The translations under genes were made by a program, and so were the position numbers. The notes beneath the pieces are model-generated. The model was not told the DNA's origin. It did not search any database and saw only the letters and a program-made list of their open reading frames with translations. From assembly GCA_964419615.1 (NCBI GenBank), contig CAYQPU010000009.1:1-46213 (forward strand): 46,213 bases of DNA, in the 5' to 3' direction. Positions 35,671 through 45,829 of the stretch are shown here, piece after piece. Every line of letters starts with the position of its first letter. Positions within the stretch are counted from its first letter, which is position 1. Source of the DNA: an uncultured Methanosarcinales archaeon. GTDB taxonomy: Archaea > Nanobdellota > Nanobdellia > Woesearchaeales > JAGVZT01.

Positions 35671-36348
35671 TCACCTCAAGAGTTTGTTTATTATCATTTT
35701 AAAAAATATTTTAAAGGCGCTTGTTTTAAACTGCTGACCATGTTTTATTGAGTAGTCTGTGTATTTTATATCAACTGGAATTTCTCTGAACTTTAGTTTG
35801 TATTTATGGATTTTTTCTGGAATTTCAGAGGCATGCTCCATTCTGTCTCCTTGAATTTTGATCTTTTGAGCTGCTTTCCTTGAAAAAGCTCGAAGGCCAT
35901 TGTGAGAGTCTGTAAGCTTTATGCCATACATTAAGAATATTACCAGTGCCCCTACCTTTAGATATGATCTTCTGATTAAAGATACATTTTGGTTTTGTTT
36001 TAAGAATCTTGAGCCAAGTGTTACATCAACCTTGCCTTCTTTAACAGGCTTAATCATTTTTTCAATATCTTTTGTCTGATGCTGGCCATCTGCATCAAAT
36101 GTGACAATAATATCAGCTCCTTGCTCGAGTGCATACTCTATGCCTGTTCTTAGAGCTGCTCCCTGACCTCTGTTAATTACATGTCTTAGAGCATGAACTT
36201 TTTGCTTTTTAGCTATTTTGTAGGTGTTGTCTTTGCTATTATCATCTACAACTACAATATTATGGTATTTAGCTTTTTTAAGATCTCCAATTACAGTTCC
36301 AATCATCCCAGCTTCATTATAAGCTGGAATAACAATATATACCCCCAT
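35671..36348 (-). CDS. GT2 glycosyltransferase (dolichol-phosphate mannose synthase-like)
   Basis: VIPAYNEA, VVDDNSKD, NRGQGAALRTG, TFDADGQH, GSRF, DSHNGLRAF. Confidence 0.93.
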   Translation of the reverse strand: MGVYIVIPAYNEAGMIGTVIGDLKKAKYHNIVVVDDNSKDNTYKIAKKQKVHALRHVINRGQGAALRTGIEYALEQGADIIVTFDADGQHQTKDIEKMIKPVKEGKVDVTLGSRFLKQNQNVSLIRRSYLKVGALVIFLMYGIKLTDSHNGLRAFSRKAAQKIKIQGDRMEHASEIPEKIHKYKLKFREIPVDIKYTDYSIKHGQQFKTSAFKIFFKMIINKLLR

Positions 36349-36387
36349 ATTAAAAAAAGAAGGAATTGGTTTTTAAATAATTTGTTG

Positions 36388-36669
36388 TTAGTTATATAAA
36401 GCAGGGTGTTCATCTCTATGGCATTTAACCATATTGACTTGATAATAAGTGTCATCTCCTTCTTTATGCTTTTTCAAAATAAATAGACTCTTCCACCATC
36501 CATGAATAGCGTCAAAGGGTTCCATAAGAATTTCTTCTATCTTACTATATCTTAGTGAATAGGTTGTTTCAGAAACATACCTTTGTATAAATTCATCTCT
36601 TGTCCTAAATTTCTTAGAACCAAAATTCTCTAAATACCATTCATATGTGTCAGGTAAAGGATCTCCCAT
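36388..36669 (-). CDS. Hypothetical protein (93 aa)
   Basis: ORF co-oriented with its neighbours; no motif recognised. Confidence 0.6.
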   Translation of the reverse strand: MGDPLPDTYEWYLENFGSKKFRTRDEFIQRYVSETTYSLRYSKIEEILMEPFDAIHGWWKSLFILKKHKEGDDTYYQVNMVKCHRDEHPALYN

Positions 36670-36751
36670 ATGAATTAAAGAATTGGTTGAAATATAAAAA
36701 TGTTGTTACTTGTAGATTTATTAAAGAACCTTTTAAAACAAAACTTGTAGT

Positions 36752-39535
36752 TTAATCTCCTTCCCAATCAACTTCATATACATAGATATCTAGTCCAGAT
36801 ATATCTTGATCTCCATGGAATCTATCAAAGTGTTTTAATCCAACACCTTGGAAGAAGAATAATCTGGTGAACATTGATGCTGTTAAGGCAGGATCCATGA
36901 GTATGCTTTGATAGTCTGCTCCTTTTCTAAAGAAAGCTGCTGCCACAATTTTACCGTCTTCTGTTCTCCAAACATTTTTTGTGTGCACACCTACTCTAAA
37001 TCTTGTCCATTCATCTATATAAGAAAAGGTTGCGGGTCTGATTCTTCCCTGAGGTGTTTGAACATAAGCTTCTTTTGAAGTTAAGTTCAAATTCAGTCCA
37101 TTTGCACAAGATATAAGATCTTTTTCTCTATTACAATTTGCAGGCTGGGAGTAATAGCCTGGCCAAGGTGCAATCCAAGTGTTTGTATCCTGAGTTTGTA
37201 TTTGATAATAAAATTCATCTGCTTGTTCTTCACTTAATCCAAATTGCTCAACTAAGATTTGTTTTCCTTGTGCTGGTTTTTCTTGTTTTACCTCAAATAC
37301 CATTGAGGCTTTTTCAAAGTCCCAGCTTCCAAAATGAGCCCAAACCCCACTTTTTGCAACCATATCCTCTGATGCAATAAAGAAGTCTTCTGGTGGATTG
37401 CAGTGTGTCAACTTTAGAATCTCTTCTGTTTCTTCTGCATTAAAGTGTTCTGACAAAATTATTTTCGCTTCTGCTTTATCAACAAGGACTAATTCATTAA
37501 TTAGATCAATTGATTCTAGTTCCTCAAGTTTTAGATTTATTTTTTCAAATGCTGTGTTTCCACCACAATCAAGCATTCTTAATATTCCTATTGCCTGGGT
37601 TTCATTGTCAGTTAACAGTGTTTTACCTATCCAATGAGCTCTTGCTCCGGTTTGAGATGTTCCATCAAATGTGACTGGCCGATCTGCCCAGTACTTAAAC
37701 CAATGTCCAAAGTCCCACCAAGAGTTAATTATTGCAGTCTCATTAGAATTATCTTTTATTTTTTCTAATGATCTAACCCATGCATCATTCATGCTAGGTA
37801 ATTCATTTTTCGCTGTGTTCACTGCTCTGTTAAATGGAGCAATTAACAACAGGCCAAAGATAATTATTAAACTTATTTTAGCTATATTTTTATTTATTGC
37901 GAGCTCTTTTGCCATGTAGTTTGATACAAATCTAGTTGTTATTCCAACAAATATTCCAAATGCTATGCTAAATGCCGGAACTAAAAGCATGACATATCTA
38001 ACTCCTTTTGTAGTAGCATACATTGTTGCAAAAAACCATATACCTAAAAGGACAGCATATCTAATGTCCATCTTACCGTGTTTATCTTTTCTCATTAAGG
38101 TAAACATAATTCCAATAACAGATAGTAAGAAGACAAGATTACCCCCTATTTGAGAAATTGCTCCCTTAATTGTAATTTCATTTTGCTCAGCAACTGTTGT
38201 GTAAACATTTGGCCAGATAGAAAGTTTTGCTACTTCTTTTATCTGAATGAACGAGAGCGGTGCTGAGTAAACTCTAGTAAAGTTTGTAAAGGATGTTGCT
38301 AGTGATGTAAATATCATTGTTGAGAATATAAAGATTACAATCAACAACACTGCATCAAATATTACTTTTTTTGTTTTTCTTGATTTAATTGTTTTTAGGT
38401 GTATTAATATGTAATAGCCAAGGAATATTCCACTTGCTCCAAGCAGAAAATCAAAGATGTACCACCAGCCACCCCAGGCTGAGCTGTATAATCCAACTAA
38501 TAGTCCTGCTAGAGTACTTAACGTGAATGTTTTTGTGCGTTTTTTTGAGTCAAATGCCTCAAGGAATATCCAAGTAATTAGTAATGGAAATAATACATTA
38601 TATGCATCTGTGTCTGCAAAGCCTGCTACTGTTCTTGTTAAGAATGCTGGGTGTATTGCAACAAACATTGCTGCAAAGAATCCGGCTATATCTCCTCCAA
38701 TTTTTCTTGCTATAAAGAATGCAGGGATTACACATAATGATGCTAAGATTAATGGAACATAGAATGCAACTCGCATTGGATACATTTCTTTGTCAAAGAA
38801 ATTTAAGAACTTATAGACATAGTATTCAAATTCTATGTGAAAGTCATCTTCTCCAATGAATCTTCCTATTGGAGCTAGAAAATGGTTGTCATAAGGTTTG
38901 CCATCAACTAAAATATCTCCATAATGGCCATTTTCTTCAATGTTCTCTACAAATCTTAACCAATAATATGGATCAATTGCTAATAAATATGTTTGACCTT
39001 GTTCATCTCTCATCTGATCTTTAAATTGATTTGAGAGTTCATCTATCTGGGCCTCTATCGCGGGCTTTTGCTGCTTGAGCAGGATATCAAATTGTTCATC
39101 AACAATAACTTGCTTTCTGTCTGCAGGTAGTGTTGGATAATTTTGATCTATTTGAGTTCTGATTGTGTTTTTATGGTAATTGTATACTGTGCTTTCTGCC
39201 CAGTCATCTGTTAAAGGCAAGAATGCTGGTTGAGATCTTAATAAAACACTGACTAGTAAAGGAATTAAGATTAGAAAAATTATTTTGTATTTTGAAAATA
39301 AGTTTAGAACAGGTTTAAGGCTTTGAAAGTCAAGGGTTTTTTCATCTGATGATTTTTTTGAGGAGTCTTTGGATCCCTTAAACAGATTGGTAATTTTGCT
39401 AAAGTCAATTGTGACTTCATCATCTTTAGTTTCTTTGGTTTTTCCAGATTGTTCTGATTTCTCTTTTTTTTCTTTTTTTGATTTAAAAAAAGATTTAACC
39501 TTACTAAAGTCAATGCTTATTTCATCATCACTCAT
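36752..39535 (-). CDS. aglB: Oligosaccharyltransferase (STT3 family)
   Basis: AIDPYYWLR, GFADTDAYN, TVAEQ, INSWWDFGHW (WWDYG-type motif), multiple TM helices. Confidence 0.96.
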   Translation of the reverse strand: MSDDEISIDFSKVKSFFKSKKEKKEKSEQSGKTKETKDDEVTIDFSKITNLFKGSKDSSKKSSDEKTLDFQSLKPVLNLFSKYKIIFLILIPLLVSVLLRSQPAFLPLTDDWAESTVYNYHKNTIRTQIDQNYPTLPADRKQVIVDEQFDILLKQQKPAIEAQIDELSNQFKDQMRDEQGQTYLLAIDPYYWLRFVENIEENGHYGDILVDGKPYDNHFLAPIGRFIGEDDFHIEFEYYVYKFLNFFDKEMYPMRVAFYVPLILASLCVIPAFFIARKIGGDIAGFFAAMFVAIHPAFLTRTVAGFADTDAYNVLFPLLITWIFLEAFDSKKRTKTFTLSTLAGLLVGLYSSAWGGWWYIFDFLLGASGIFLGYYILIHLKTIKSRKTKKVIFDAVLLIVIFIFSTMIFTSLATSFTNFTRVYSAPLSFIQIKEVAKLSIWPNVYTTVAEQNEITIKGAISQIGGNLVFLLSVIGIMFTLMRKDKHGKMDIRYAVLLGIWFFATMYATTKGVRYVMLLVPAFSIAFGIFVGITTRFVSNYMAKELAINKNIAKISLIIIFGLLLIAPFNRAVNTAKNELPSMNDAWVRSLEKIKDNSNETAIINSWWDFGHWFKYWADRPVTFDGTSQTGARAHWIGKTLLTDNETQAIGILRMLDCGGNTAFEKINLKLEELESIDLINELVLVDKAEAKIILSEHFNAEETEEILKLTHCNPPEDFFIASEDMVAKSGVWAHFGSWDFEKASMVFEVKQEKPAQGKQILVEQFGLSEEQADEFYYQIQTQDTNTWIAPWPGYYSQPANCNREKDLISCANGLNLNLTSKEAYVQTPQGRIRPATFSYIDEWTRFRVGVHTKNVWRTEDGKIVAAAFFRKGADYQSILMDPALTASMFTRLFFFQGVGLKHFDRFHGDQDISGLDIYVYEVDWEGD

Positions 39536-39609
39536 CTCATACCCCCCACTTCCAGATTAATTACTGATTATATATAAATATTACGTTTAGAGGGAAAAGT
39601 CAACTTTAT

Positions 39610-39763
39610 TTAGGTAGCTCCTCTAGGCCGGTTTGTTCAGCCGTTTGTTAGATTTTGGAACATTGTAATCCAAACAAATCTTCAAAAGACAAACGGTTCC
39701 GTACTGGACTGACCATGCACCTAGCTTCACTCACAAATATGTGGCCGAGGAGGAGCTACCTAA
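39610..39763. ncRNA. 154-nt structured element (candidate ncRNA or MITE)
   Basis: Perfect 14-bp terminal IR TTAGGTAGCTCCTC / GAGGAGCTACCTAA, extended by GGCC/GGCC; inner CCGTTTGT/ACAAACGG stem; about 45% GC (69/154) in AT-rich surroundings; no ORF. Confidence 0.55.
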
Positions 39764-39852
39764 TTAGCGATTTACCCCTTTTGAGCTAATTCTCTTGCTC
39801 TAACACAATTTTGCATTAAATTTATATAAACAATAAAACCTCAAAGCAATGG

Positions 39853-41322
39853 GTGGCTTTTATTAAGAAGAAGGTTTTAATGCTTATAATTATTGGAGCT
39901 ATTATTCGGCTAGCTTTGGCTTTTATGTACCATCCATCTGGAGATGCTTGTGTTCATCTTTCTGTGGCAAGGTTCATATCTGAGTTTAAAGAGATTCCAT
40001 TTCTTGAACCTGGCTGGAACTCTAGAGAAGTGTGGGCTCCGCCTTTGTTTCATATTGCTTTAGCATTAGCTAAGAGTTTTTTTGGAGAGTTTGCTATGAA
40101 GCTTGTTTCACCTGTTTGTGGGATAATTGGAATGATCTTTGGGTACAAAATAACCAGACTGTTGTTTAACAAAAGAATTGCATTTTATTCATTGTTTTTT
40201 CTGACCTTTGTACCAATTATGTTGTTTTCCAGTACAATTGCCTATGTTGATAGTTTTTCTTTAATGTTGATGATGCTAGCAATTTATTTTGCTTTAAGGA
40301 AAAATGTTTTTGGAAGTGCTGTTTTTTCAGGACTTTCTGTTTTATCAAAATATTATGGCTTATTTGTCCTACCTGTTGTATTATATATTCTTTTTAAAAA
40401 GAAGGTGTTGTTTAAAAATGGATGGAGGTTTTTCAAGATTAGCCTTCCAATATCTAGTCTTTGGTTTATTAGAAATTGGTTTGTTTTTGGTAATCCAATT
40501 TATCCTTTTTTAAGTCAGCTTTTTGGAATTGAGGTTGCACAGCTTTACACCAAGAACACAAGTCTGATAAATTTGTTTAGTTTAAAACATGTTCTTTCAT
40601 TGTTTTTGAATTTATTTGGAGTGCCAGAAGGTAAGTTTACCAATTTATTCTTTTTTGACTTTCCATACATAAAGATAATTGTTGGGATTTGGTTATTGGG
40701 AACAGTATTGTTTTTATTGTTTGTATTTGTTGGCTTAAAAAGATTTAAGTTTAATACAAAATGGAAAATTTTATTGGTTTGGTTTTGTACTTATGCTGCT
40801 ATGATCTTAGCATTTATTGTGCACAATGGTTATACCAGATTAAGATATGGCATTGGTATTATCCCGGTTGTTGCGATTTTATGGGCACTTGGTTTTGATT
40901 TTGTTTTGAAAAAAGTAAATAAGAAGTGGATTGTGTATGGGTTTGTTATTTTGTGCGCAGTTGGATTTACTGGAGCTGAATTTACAAAAACATATTTTGC
41001 ATCACAATCATGGGATTATTTCCAAGATGATTTTGATTGGATTAAGGAAAATACATCTGAAGATAGTTTGGTTTATATTAGAAAGATTGACTGCATTCAT
41101 TACAATACTTATAGAGAAGTTTCACCAACATTTGAGCAAGTGTTGGATAAAGGCGGTTATTACTGGGTCAAGGATGAGATTGAAGGAGATGATTGTGATG
41201 TATGTGGTTGGCTGCCTAAAGTTGATGTGGAAAAATATTCTAACAATTTGGTGCTTGTTTATAATAACACCAAAACACAATCTTTAGTTTATGAGGTGAT
41301 TTCTGTTGGAGAAGTATCATAA
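39853..41322 (+). CDS. ArnT/PMT-like (GT-C) membrane glycosyltransferase
   Basis: SGDACVHLSVARFI, WAPPLFH, AYVDSF, LSVLSKYYG, WFIRNW..FGNP. Confidence 0.88.
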   Translation: MAFIKKKVLMLIIIGAIIRLALAFMYHPSGDACVHLSVARFISEFKEIPFLEPGWNSREVWAPPLFHIALALAKSFFGEFAMKLVSPVCGIIGMIFGYKITRLLFNKRIAFYSLFFLTFVPIMLFSSTIAYVDSFSLMLMMLAIYFALRKNVFGSAVFSGLSVLSKYYGLFVLPVVLYILFKKKVLFKNGWRFFKISLPISSLWFIRNWFVFGNPIYPFLSQLFGIEVAQLYTKNTSLINLFSLKHVLSLFLNLFGVPEGKFTNLFFFDFPYIKIIVGIWLLGTVLFLLFVFVGLKRFKFNTKWKILLVWFCTYAAMILAFIVHNGYTRLRYGIGIIPVVAILWALGFDFVLKKVNKKWIVYGFVILCAVGFTGAEFTKTYFASQSWDYFQDDFDWIKENTSEDSLVYIRKIDCIHYNTYREVSPTFEQVLDKGGYYWVKDEIEGDDCDVCGWLPKVDVEKYSNNLVLVYNNTKTQSLVYEVISVGEVS

Positions 41323-42781
41323 AATAACAAGACAGACTGGACTTACAGCTTTATTTACTATACTAGTTTTTATTACATCTCCAATATTAACGTATATACT
41401 TACAAGAAATTTGTCTTTGGAGCAGTTTGGAGCTTACTCCATATTTGCTGTTACAATTGCTTTTTTTAGTGTTGTATTTGATTTGGGATTACCTGATTAT
41501 GTTGTTGCTAAATTATCTGGAATTTCAAAAAGAAAATCTTCAATCAGAGAGAATAGGTTTTTTGCAATTTTGTTTTTCTTTGCAATTTACTTGTTTATTG
41601 TATTAGCTGTAGTTGCTTTTAGTGGTATCTCAAACTTATTTCTTTCACTATTTGGGCTAGCTGAATTTAGTAAAGAATTTGTTTTTGTTTTATTGATTAT
41701 TATCTCAAGCTTGTTGTTTAGAGTTTACAATTCTTACTTTCATGCAAAGCAAGATGTTGCATTTTCTTCATTTATGGGATTTATTAATTTGTCTTTGTGG
41801 GTTTATTTACTGATTTTTTTGGTGTTCTTTCAAAATAAACTTGAACTTTCAATTGTATTTTTTGTCTGGTTTATTGGTGTGTTAATCAGCTTGCTGATAA
41901 TGGTGATTAAGACTAGAAAAGAGATTAAAAGTATGTTAAAAAAGAGTCCTAAGTTTAGTAGTTTTCTCTCGGCATTAAAATATGGGCTTCCGCTTATTGC
42001 ATTTCAAATTGGTATCTGGTTGATTAGAGTTGGTGATAGGTATGTTCTAAAATATTTCACTGATTTAAGTTCAGTTGGAATTTATAATTTTGGTTATTCT
42101 CTTGTAAGTTTTGTACTAGGTCTTGCAAACGTAATTACTTTTGTTATTTATCCATACTATGCTGAGAATTGGAAAGATAAAAGTGTTTATCAGAACATGA
42201 CAATCAAGTATGTTTTGTTACTTGCACTTCCTGCTTGTTTTGGATTGTTTTTTATGCGAGATCAGTTTATCACATTAATTGCAGGACAATCTTATTTGCA
42301 GGCTTCAACGATTGTTGCTTTGTTAATTCCATTTCCAATTTTTGGTGCATTGAGTATTTTGTTTTATCAAACACTGTTGATAAAGAACAAAACTTGGCAG
42401 GTTGGTTTGATTTATTCTATTATTGGCAGCCTTAATATTTTACTAAACATAATGGTGATTCCAGTATATGGTATGATTGGAGCTGCTGTTGTCAATGTTT
42501 TTAGTTATTTTCTAATTTTTGCAATTTCATGGCTGATGTGCAGGAAATGGTTGGATATTGATTTTAAATATATTCGGCCTGTTAAGATTTTGATTGCATC
42601 TTCGGCAGTTGGTTTAATTGCATTCTTTATTAATCCTAAAACACTTATTCCAAAGCTATTCACTGTTCTAGCTGGATTTTTGGTTTATGTTGCCTTAATA
42701 TTCATATTAAAGATTCTTAGCAGAGAAGAACTCAAAGTACTTAAGCAGTTTGTGGTTAAGCTTATTAGAATTAATCCATAA
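41306..42781 (+). CDS. Oligosaccharide flippase (Wzx/MOP family)
   Basis: About 13-14 TM helices; ILTRNLSLEQFGAYS, DLGL, GDRYVL..VGIYNFGY, YGMIGAAV; TTG start with SD GAGGTGA. Confidence 0.92.
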   Translation: MEKYHKITRQTGLTALFTILVFITSPILTYILTRNLSLEQFGAYSIFAVTIAFFSVVFDLGLPDYVVAKLSGISKRKSSIRENRFFAILFFFAIYLFIVLAVVAFSGISNLFLSLFGLAEFSKEFVFVLLIIISSLLFRVYNSYFHAKQDVAFSSFMGFINLSLWVYLLIFLVFFQNKLELSIVFFVWFIGVLISLLIMVIKTRKEIKSMLKKSPKFSSFLSALKYGLPLIAFQIGIWLIRVGDRYVLKYFTDLSSVGIYNFGYSLVSFVLGLANVITFVIYPYYAENWKDKSVYQNMTIKYVLLLALPACFGLFFMRDQFITLIAGQSYLQASTIVALLIPFPIFGALSILFYQTLLIKNKTWQVGLIYSIIGSLNILLNIMVIPVYGMIGAAVVNVFSYFLIFAISWLMCRKWLDIDFKYIRPVKILIASSAVGLIAFFINPKTLIPKLFTVLAGFLVYVALIFILKILSREELKVLKQFVVKLIRINP

Positions 42782-42821
42782 GTTTTATATATTTTCATTA
42801 CTTTCTGTATATTGAGGGATT

Positions 42822-43538
42822 ATGGGGGATGAATCAAAGATTAAAGTATCTGTAGTTATGCCTACGTTAAACGAGGCTGGAAACATCACAAAGATGATAG
42901 ATGATGTTGAGGCTGTTTTTAAAGAACATGATCTCAAAGGAGAGATTGTTGTTGTGGATGACCATAGTGAGGATAGGACTGCTGATATTGCTAAAAACCT
43001 AAATAACAAGTATGGAAATGTTAGAGTTATTGTTAGAAATGTTAGAGATGGTGCTGGTGCCGCCCATTTGGTTGGTTACCAGGCTGCAGAAGGAGAGATT
43101 GTAATTCCTATTGAAGCAGATTGTTCTTGTGATGTTTCTGATATTGCAAATCTTGTTAAAAAAATTGATGAGGGTTATGATGTTGTTGTGGCATCTAGAT
43201 ATGCCAAAGGTGGGAGAAATACCAAAACAACTGCAACACTTAGCAGGTTTGCAAATATTGTTATTTCAAAGATCACAAGAATACCTATTAATGAGTTTAC
43301 TATTGCTTATAGAGCTTTTAGAAAAGAGGTTGTTGATAAACTTAATTTAGTTGAAAAGGATGGAAATGCTTTACTTGTTGAATTTTTATTTAAAGCGCAT
43401 AGGGCAGGATATAAGATTGGAGAGATTCCAACCAAGTATTCAGCTTATAGAAAGTATGGTACAACAAAGAATGTGATTATTAGAGCTGGATTTAATACAT
43501 TTAAAGCATTAGGGAGGATATACATTACAGGAAAATGA
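42822..43538 (+). CDS. GT2 glycosyltransferase (DPM1-like)
   Basis: VVMPTLNEA, VVDDHSED, IEADCS, DVVVASRY. Confidence 0.92.
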   Translation: MGDESKIKVSVVMPTLNEAGNITKMIDDVEAVFKEHDLKGEIVVVDDHSEDRTADIAKNLNNKYGNVRVIVRNVRDGAGAAHLVGYQAAEGEIVIPIEADCSCDVSDIANLVKKIDEGYDVVVASRYAKGGRNTKTTATLSRFANIVISKITRIPINEFTIAYRAFRKEVVDKLNLVEKDGNALLVEFLFKAHRAGYKIGEIPTKYSAYRKYGTTKNVIIRAGFNTFKALGRIYITGK

Positions 43539-44560
43539 TTATAAGAGCAAAGTCACCAATGAGAGTTAGTTTTGCAGGAGGAGGTACAGATGTAAGTCCT
43601 TTTTGTGAGGATTATGGTGGAAGTGTTGTTAATGTTACTTTGAATAAGTATGCTTGGGCAACTTTGAAAACAAATACTCCAAGGGGAGTTGAATTAGTGT
43701 CTGATGATTTTCGTCAAAGATTTATGTTTAATTCTGTTAATGATATGAAATATGATGGTAATCTTGACCTGATTAAATCAGTTATTTCAAAGTTTAATGA
43801 TATGGATAGTAATTTTAGTATTTTTCTAAGATCAGATGTTCCACCCAGGTCTGGCTTAGGTTCATCTGCCTCAGCATTTGTTTCTGTTATTGGATTATTC
43901 AATCATTTAAAAAAACACGAAAGAATATCTGATTATGAAATAGCAGAACTTGCATTTAAACTTGAAAGAGAAGAGCTCAGAAATGCAGGAGGTAGACAAG
44001 ACCAGTATGCAACTGTATTTGGCGGTCTAAACCAAATTGAGTTTAAGGGCTCTGACTTTGTGAGAGTAAATCCGCTTAGACTAAAAAAACATCATCTTTT
44101 AGAACTAGAGAAGCACATGGTACTTGTGAACCTTGGGAAAAGAAAAGATTCAGGAGACATTATAAAAGATCAGGTTAATAGATATAAAAAAGGGAAAACA
44201 GAGGATGCTTTATTGCATGCAAAAGATCTTGCAGAAGAGACAAAATCCAGCCTATTGAGTGGTGATTTTAACAGGTTTGGGAAGTTGATTCATGAAGCAT
44301 GGGAAACAAAGAAGAAATACAGCCCTATGATATCTAATAAAAGAATAGACAAGATCTATGATCTCGCACGCAAGCATGGTGCATTAGGTGGCAAGATTAG
44401 TGGAGCTGGAGGCGGTGGGCATGCTATGTTTTACTGTGAACCTAATAAGGAACAGATTGTTGCACGAAAACTGACAAAGGCCGGAGTCAAGGTGATTAAC
44501 TTTAGTTTTGATTTTGAAGGTTTACAAACGTGGGAGGTTAAGAGTGGAAGACCATATTAA
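43535..44560 (+). CDS. hddA: GHMP kinase, D-glycero-alpha-D-manno-heptose-7-phosphate kinase
   Basis: PMRVSFAGGGTDV, PPRSGLGSSAS, GGRQDQYA, GGKISGAGGGG. Confidence 0.9.
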   Translation: MIIRAKSPMRVSFAGGGTDVSPFCEDYGGSVVNVTLNKYAWATLKTNTPRGVELVSDDFRQRFMFNSVNDMKYDGNLDLIKSVISKFNDMDSNFSIFLRSDVPPRSGLGSSASAFVSVIGLFNHLKKHERISDYEIAELAFKLEREELRNAGGRQDQYATVFGGLNQIEFKGSDFVRVNPLRLKKHHLLELEKHMVLVNLGKRKDSGDIIKDQVNRYKKGKTEDALLHAKDLAEETKSSLLSGDFNRFGKLIHEAWETKKKYSPMISNKRIDKIYDLARKHGALGGKISGAGGGGHAMFYCEPNKEQIVARKLTKAGVKVINFSFDFEGLQTWEVKSGRPY

Positions 44561-45116
44561 AAAAAGGATAAGTGAAAGTATCAAAACAAAACAAAAAGTA
44601 ATTGATAATCTGCTCCCACAAATAACCAGTGTTATTAAGATTATGCTTGATTCTTACAGGAATGGAGGCAAGCTTGTTATTTTTGGAAATGGGGGAAGTG
44701 CTTCTGATGCGCAACACATTGTAGGTGAGTTAGTTAACAGATTATATTTTAACAGACCTATGCTCGAGGCTATTGCTTTGAATGTAAATTCTTCTGTGAT
44801 AACTGCTATTGGAAATGATCATAGTTATGATTATATTTTTGCAAGACAAGTTGAAAGCTTGGTTAAGGAAAATGATGTTGTTATTGGCCTTAGTACAAGT
44901 GGTAATTCCATGAATGTATTGCAAGGTTTACTTGCAGCAAAAGAAAGAGGTGCAACCACTGTTGCTTTTACAGGGGAGACTGGGGGAAAGTTAAAACCTA
45001 TAGCTGATATTTTAGTTAATGTTCCTTCAAAGGATGTAGCAAGAATCCAAGAGGCGCATATCACTATAGGTCACATTATATGCGAGATGATTGAGCACAG
45101 TATGTTTAAAAAATGA
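44544..45116 (+). CDS. gmhA: Phosphoheptose isomerase (SIS domain)
   Basis: FGNGGSASDAQH, GNDHSYDYIFARQV, STSGNS, RIQEAH; GTG 44544 with SD GGGAGG. Confidence 0.95.
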   Translation: MEDHIKKRISESIKTKQKVIDNLLPQITSVIKIMLDSYRNGGKLVIFGNGGSASDAQHIVGELVNRLYFNRPMLEAIALNVNSSVITAIGNDHSYDYIFARQVESLVKENDVVIGLSTSGNSMNVLQGLLAAKERGATTVAFTGETGGKLKPIADILVNVPSKDVARIQEAHITIGHIICEMIEHSMFKK

Positions 45117-45829
45117 GAGCTTTTATTGGTACTGGTGGCAAAGGTAAGAGATTATTGCCTCTAACTTCTAATATACCTAAACCAATGGTGAAGCTTAATG
45201 GGATTCCAATTCTTGAGCGTTTAGTTTTATGGTTAAAAGAGTATGGTATTAATGAGATTGTTATGCTGAATGGTCATATGCATGATGTGATTGTTAATTA
45301 TTTTAAAGATGGTTCTAAGTGGGGAGTTAAGATCTGGCATTCAAATGAACCTAAGCCTCTTGGAAGCGGAGGTCCGTTAAGGTATGCAAAGAAGTTTGTT
45401 AATGGAAGGTTTGTTTATCTTAGTGGAGATATTGCATGCAAGGTTGATTTGAAAAAAATGATAGATGTTCACAAAGAGGCTAACAAGAAAGGTGCTATTA
45501 TGAGTGTTTTTTTACATGAATCATCTCATCCAGAAGATAGTGATATCTTGGTGCTGGGTGAGGATAATAAGGTTGCTAGGTTTGTGAGCAAGCATGATGA
45601 TCACACTAATACTGGTAATTTAGGTAATGCTGGAATTAGTATTTTGGAACCAGAGGTTATTGATTACATGCAAGAAGAAGTTTTTACTTATGAGGGTTAT
45701 CTATATCCAAGATTGTTAAAAGCTGGAGAGTATATTTATGGTTATGTGAGTGAGGATTTTGTTAAGGATATTGGAACTATTGAAAGGCTAAGAGAGGTTG
45801 AAGATTATTACAAGGAAAAAGGATACTAG
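45113..45829 (+). CDS. hddC: Sugar-phosphate nucleotidyltransferase (heptose-1-P guanylyltransferase-like)
   Basis: GGKGKRLLPLT..PKPM, EPKPLGSGG, SGD, HPEDSD, DIGT; follows hddA-gmhA. Confidence 0.8.
   Translation: MRAFIGTGGKGKRLLPLTSNIPKPMVKLNGIPILERLVLWLKEYGINEIVMLNGHMHDVIVNYFKDGSKWGVKIWHSNEPKPLGSGGPLRYAKKFVNGRFVYLSGDIACKVDLKKMIDVHKEANKKGAIMSVFLHESSHPEDSDILVLGEDNKVARFVSKHDDHTNTGNLGNAGISILEPEVIDYMQEEVFTYEGYLYPRLLKAGEYIYGYVSEDFVKDIGTIERLREVEDYYKEKGY

Noticed and set aside
39610-39763. SRP RNA, tRNA or group II intron domain
   Set aside because: No SRP helix-8 motif, no cloverleaf, no domain V catalytic triad hairpin
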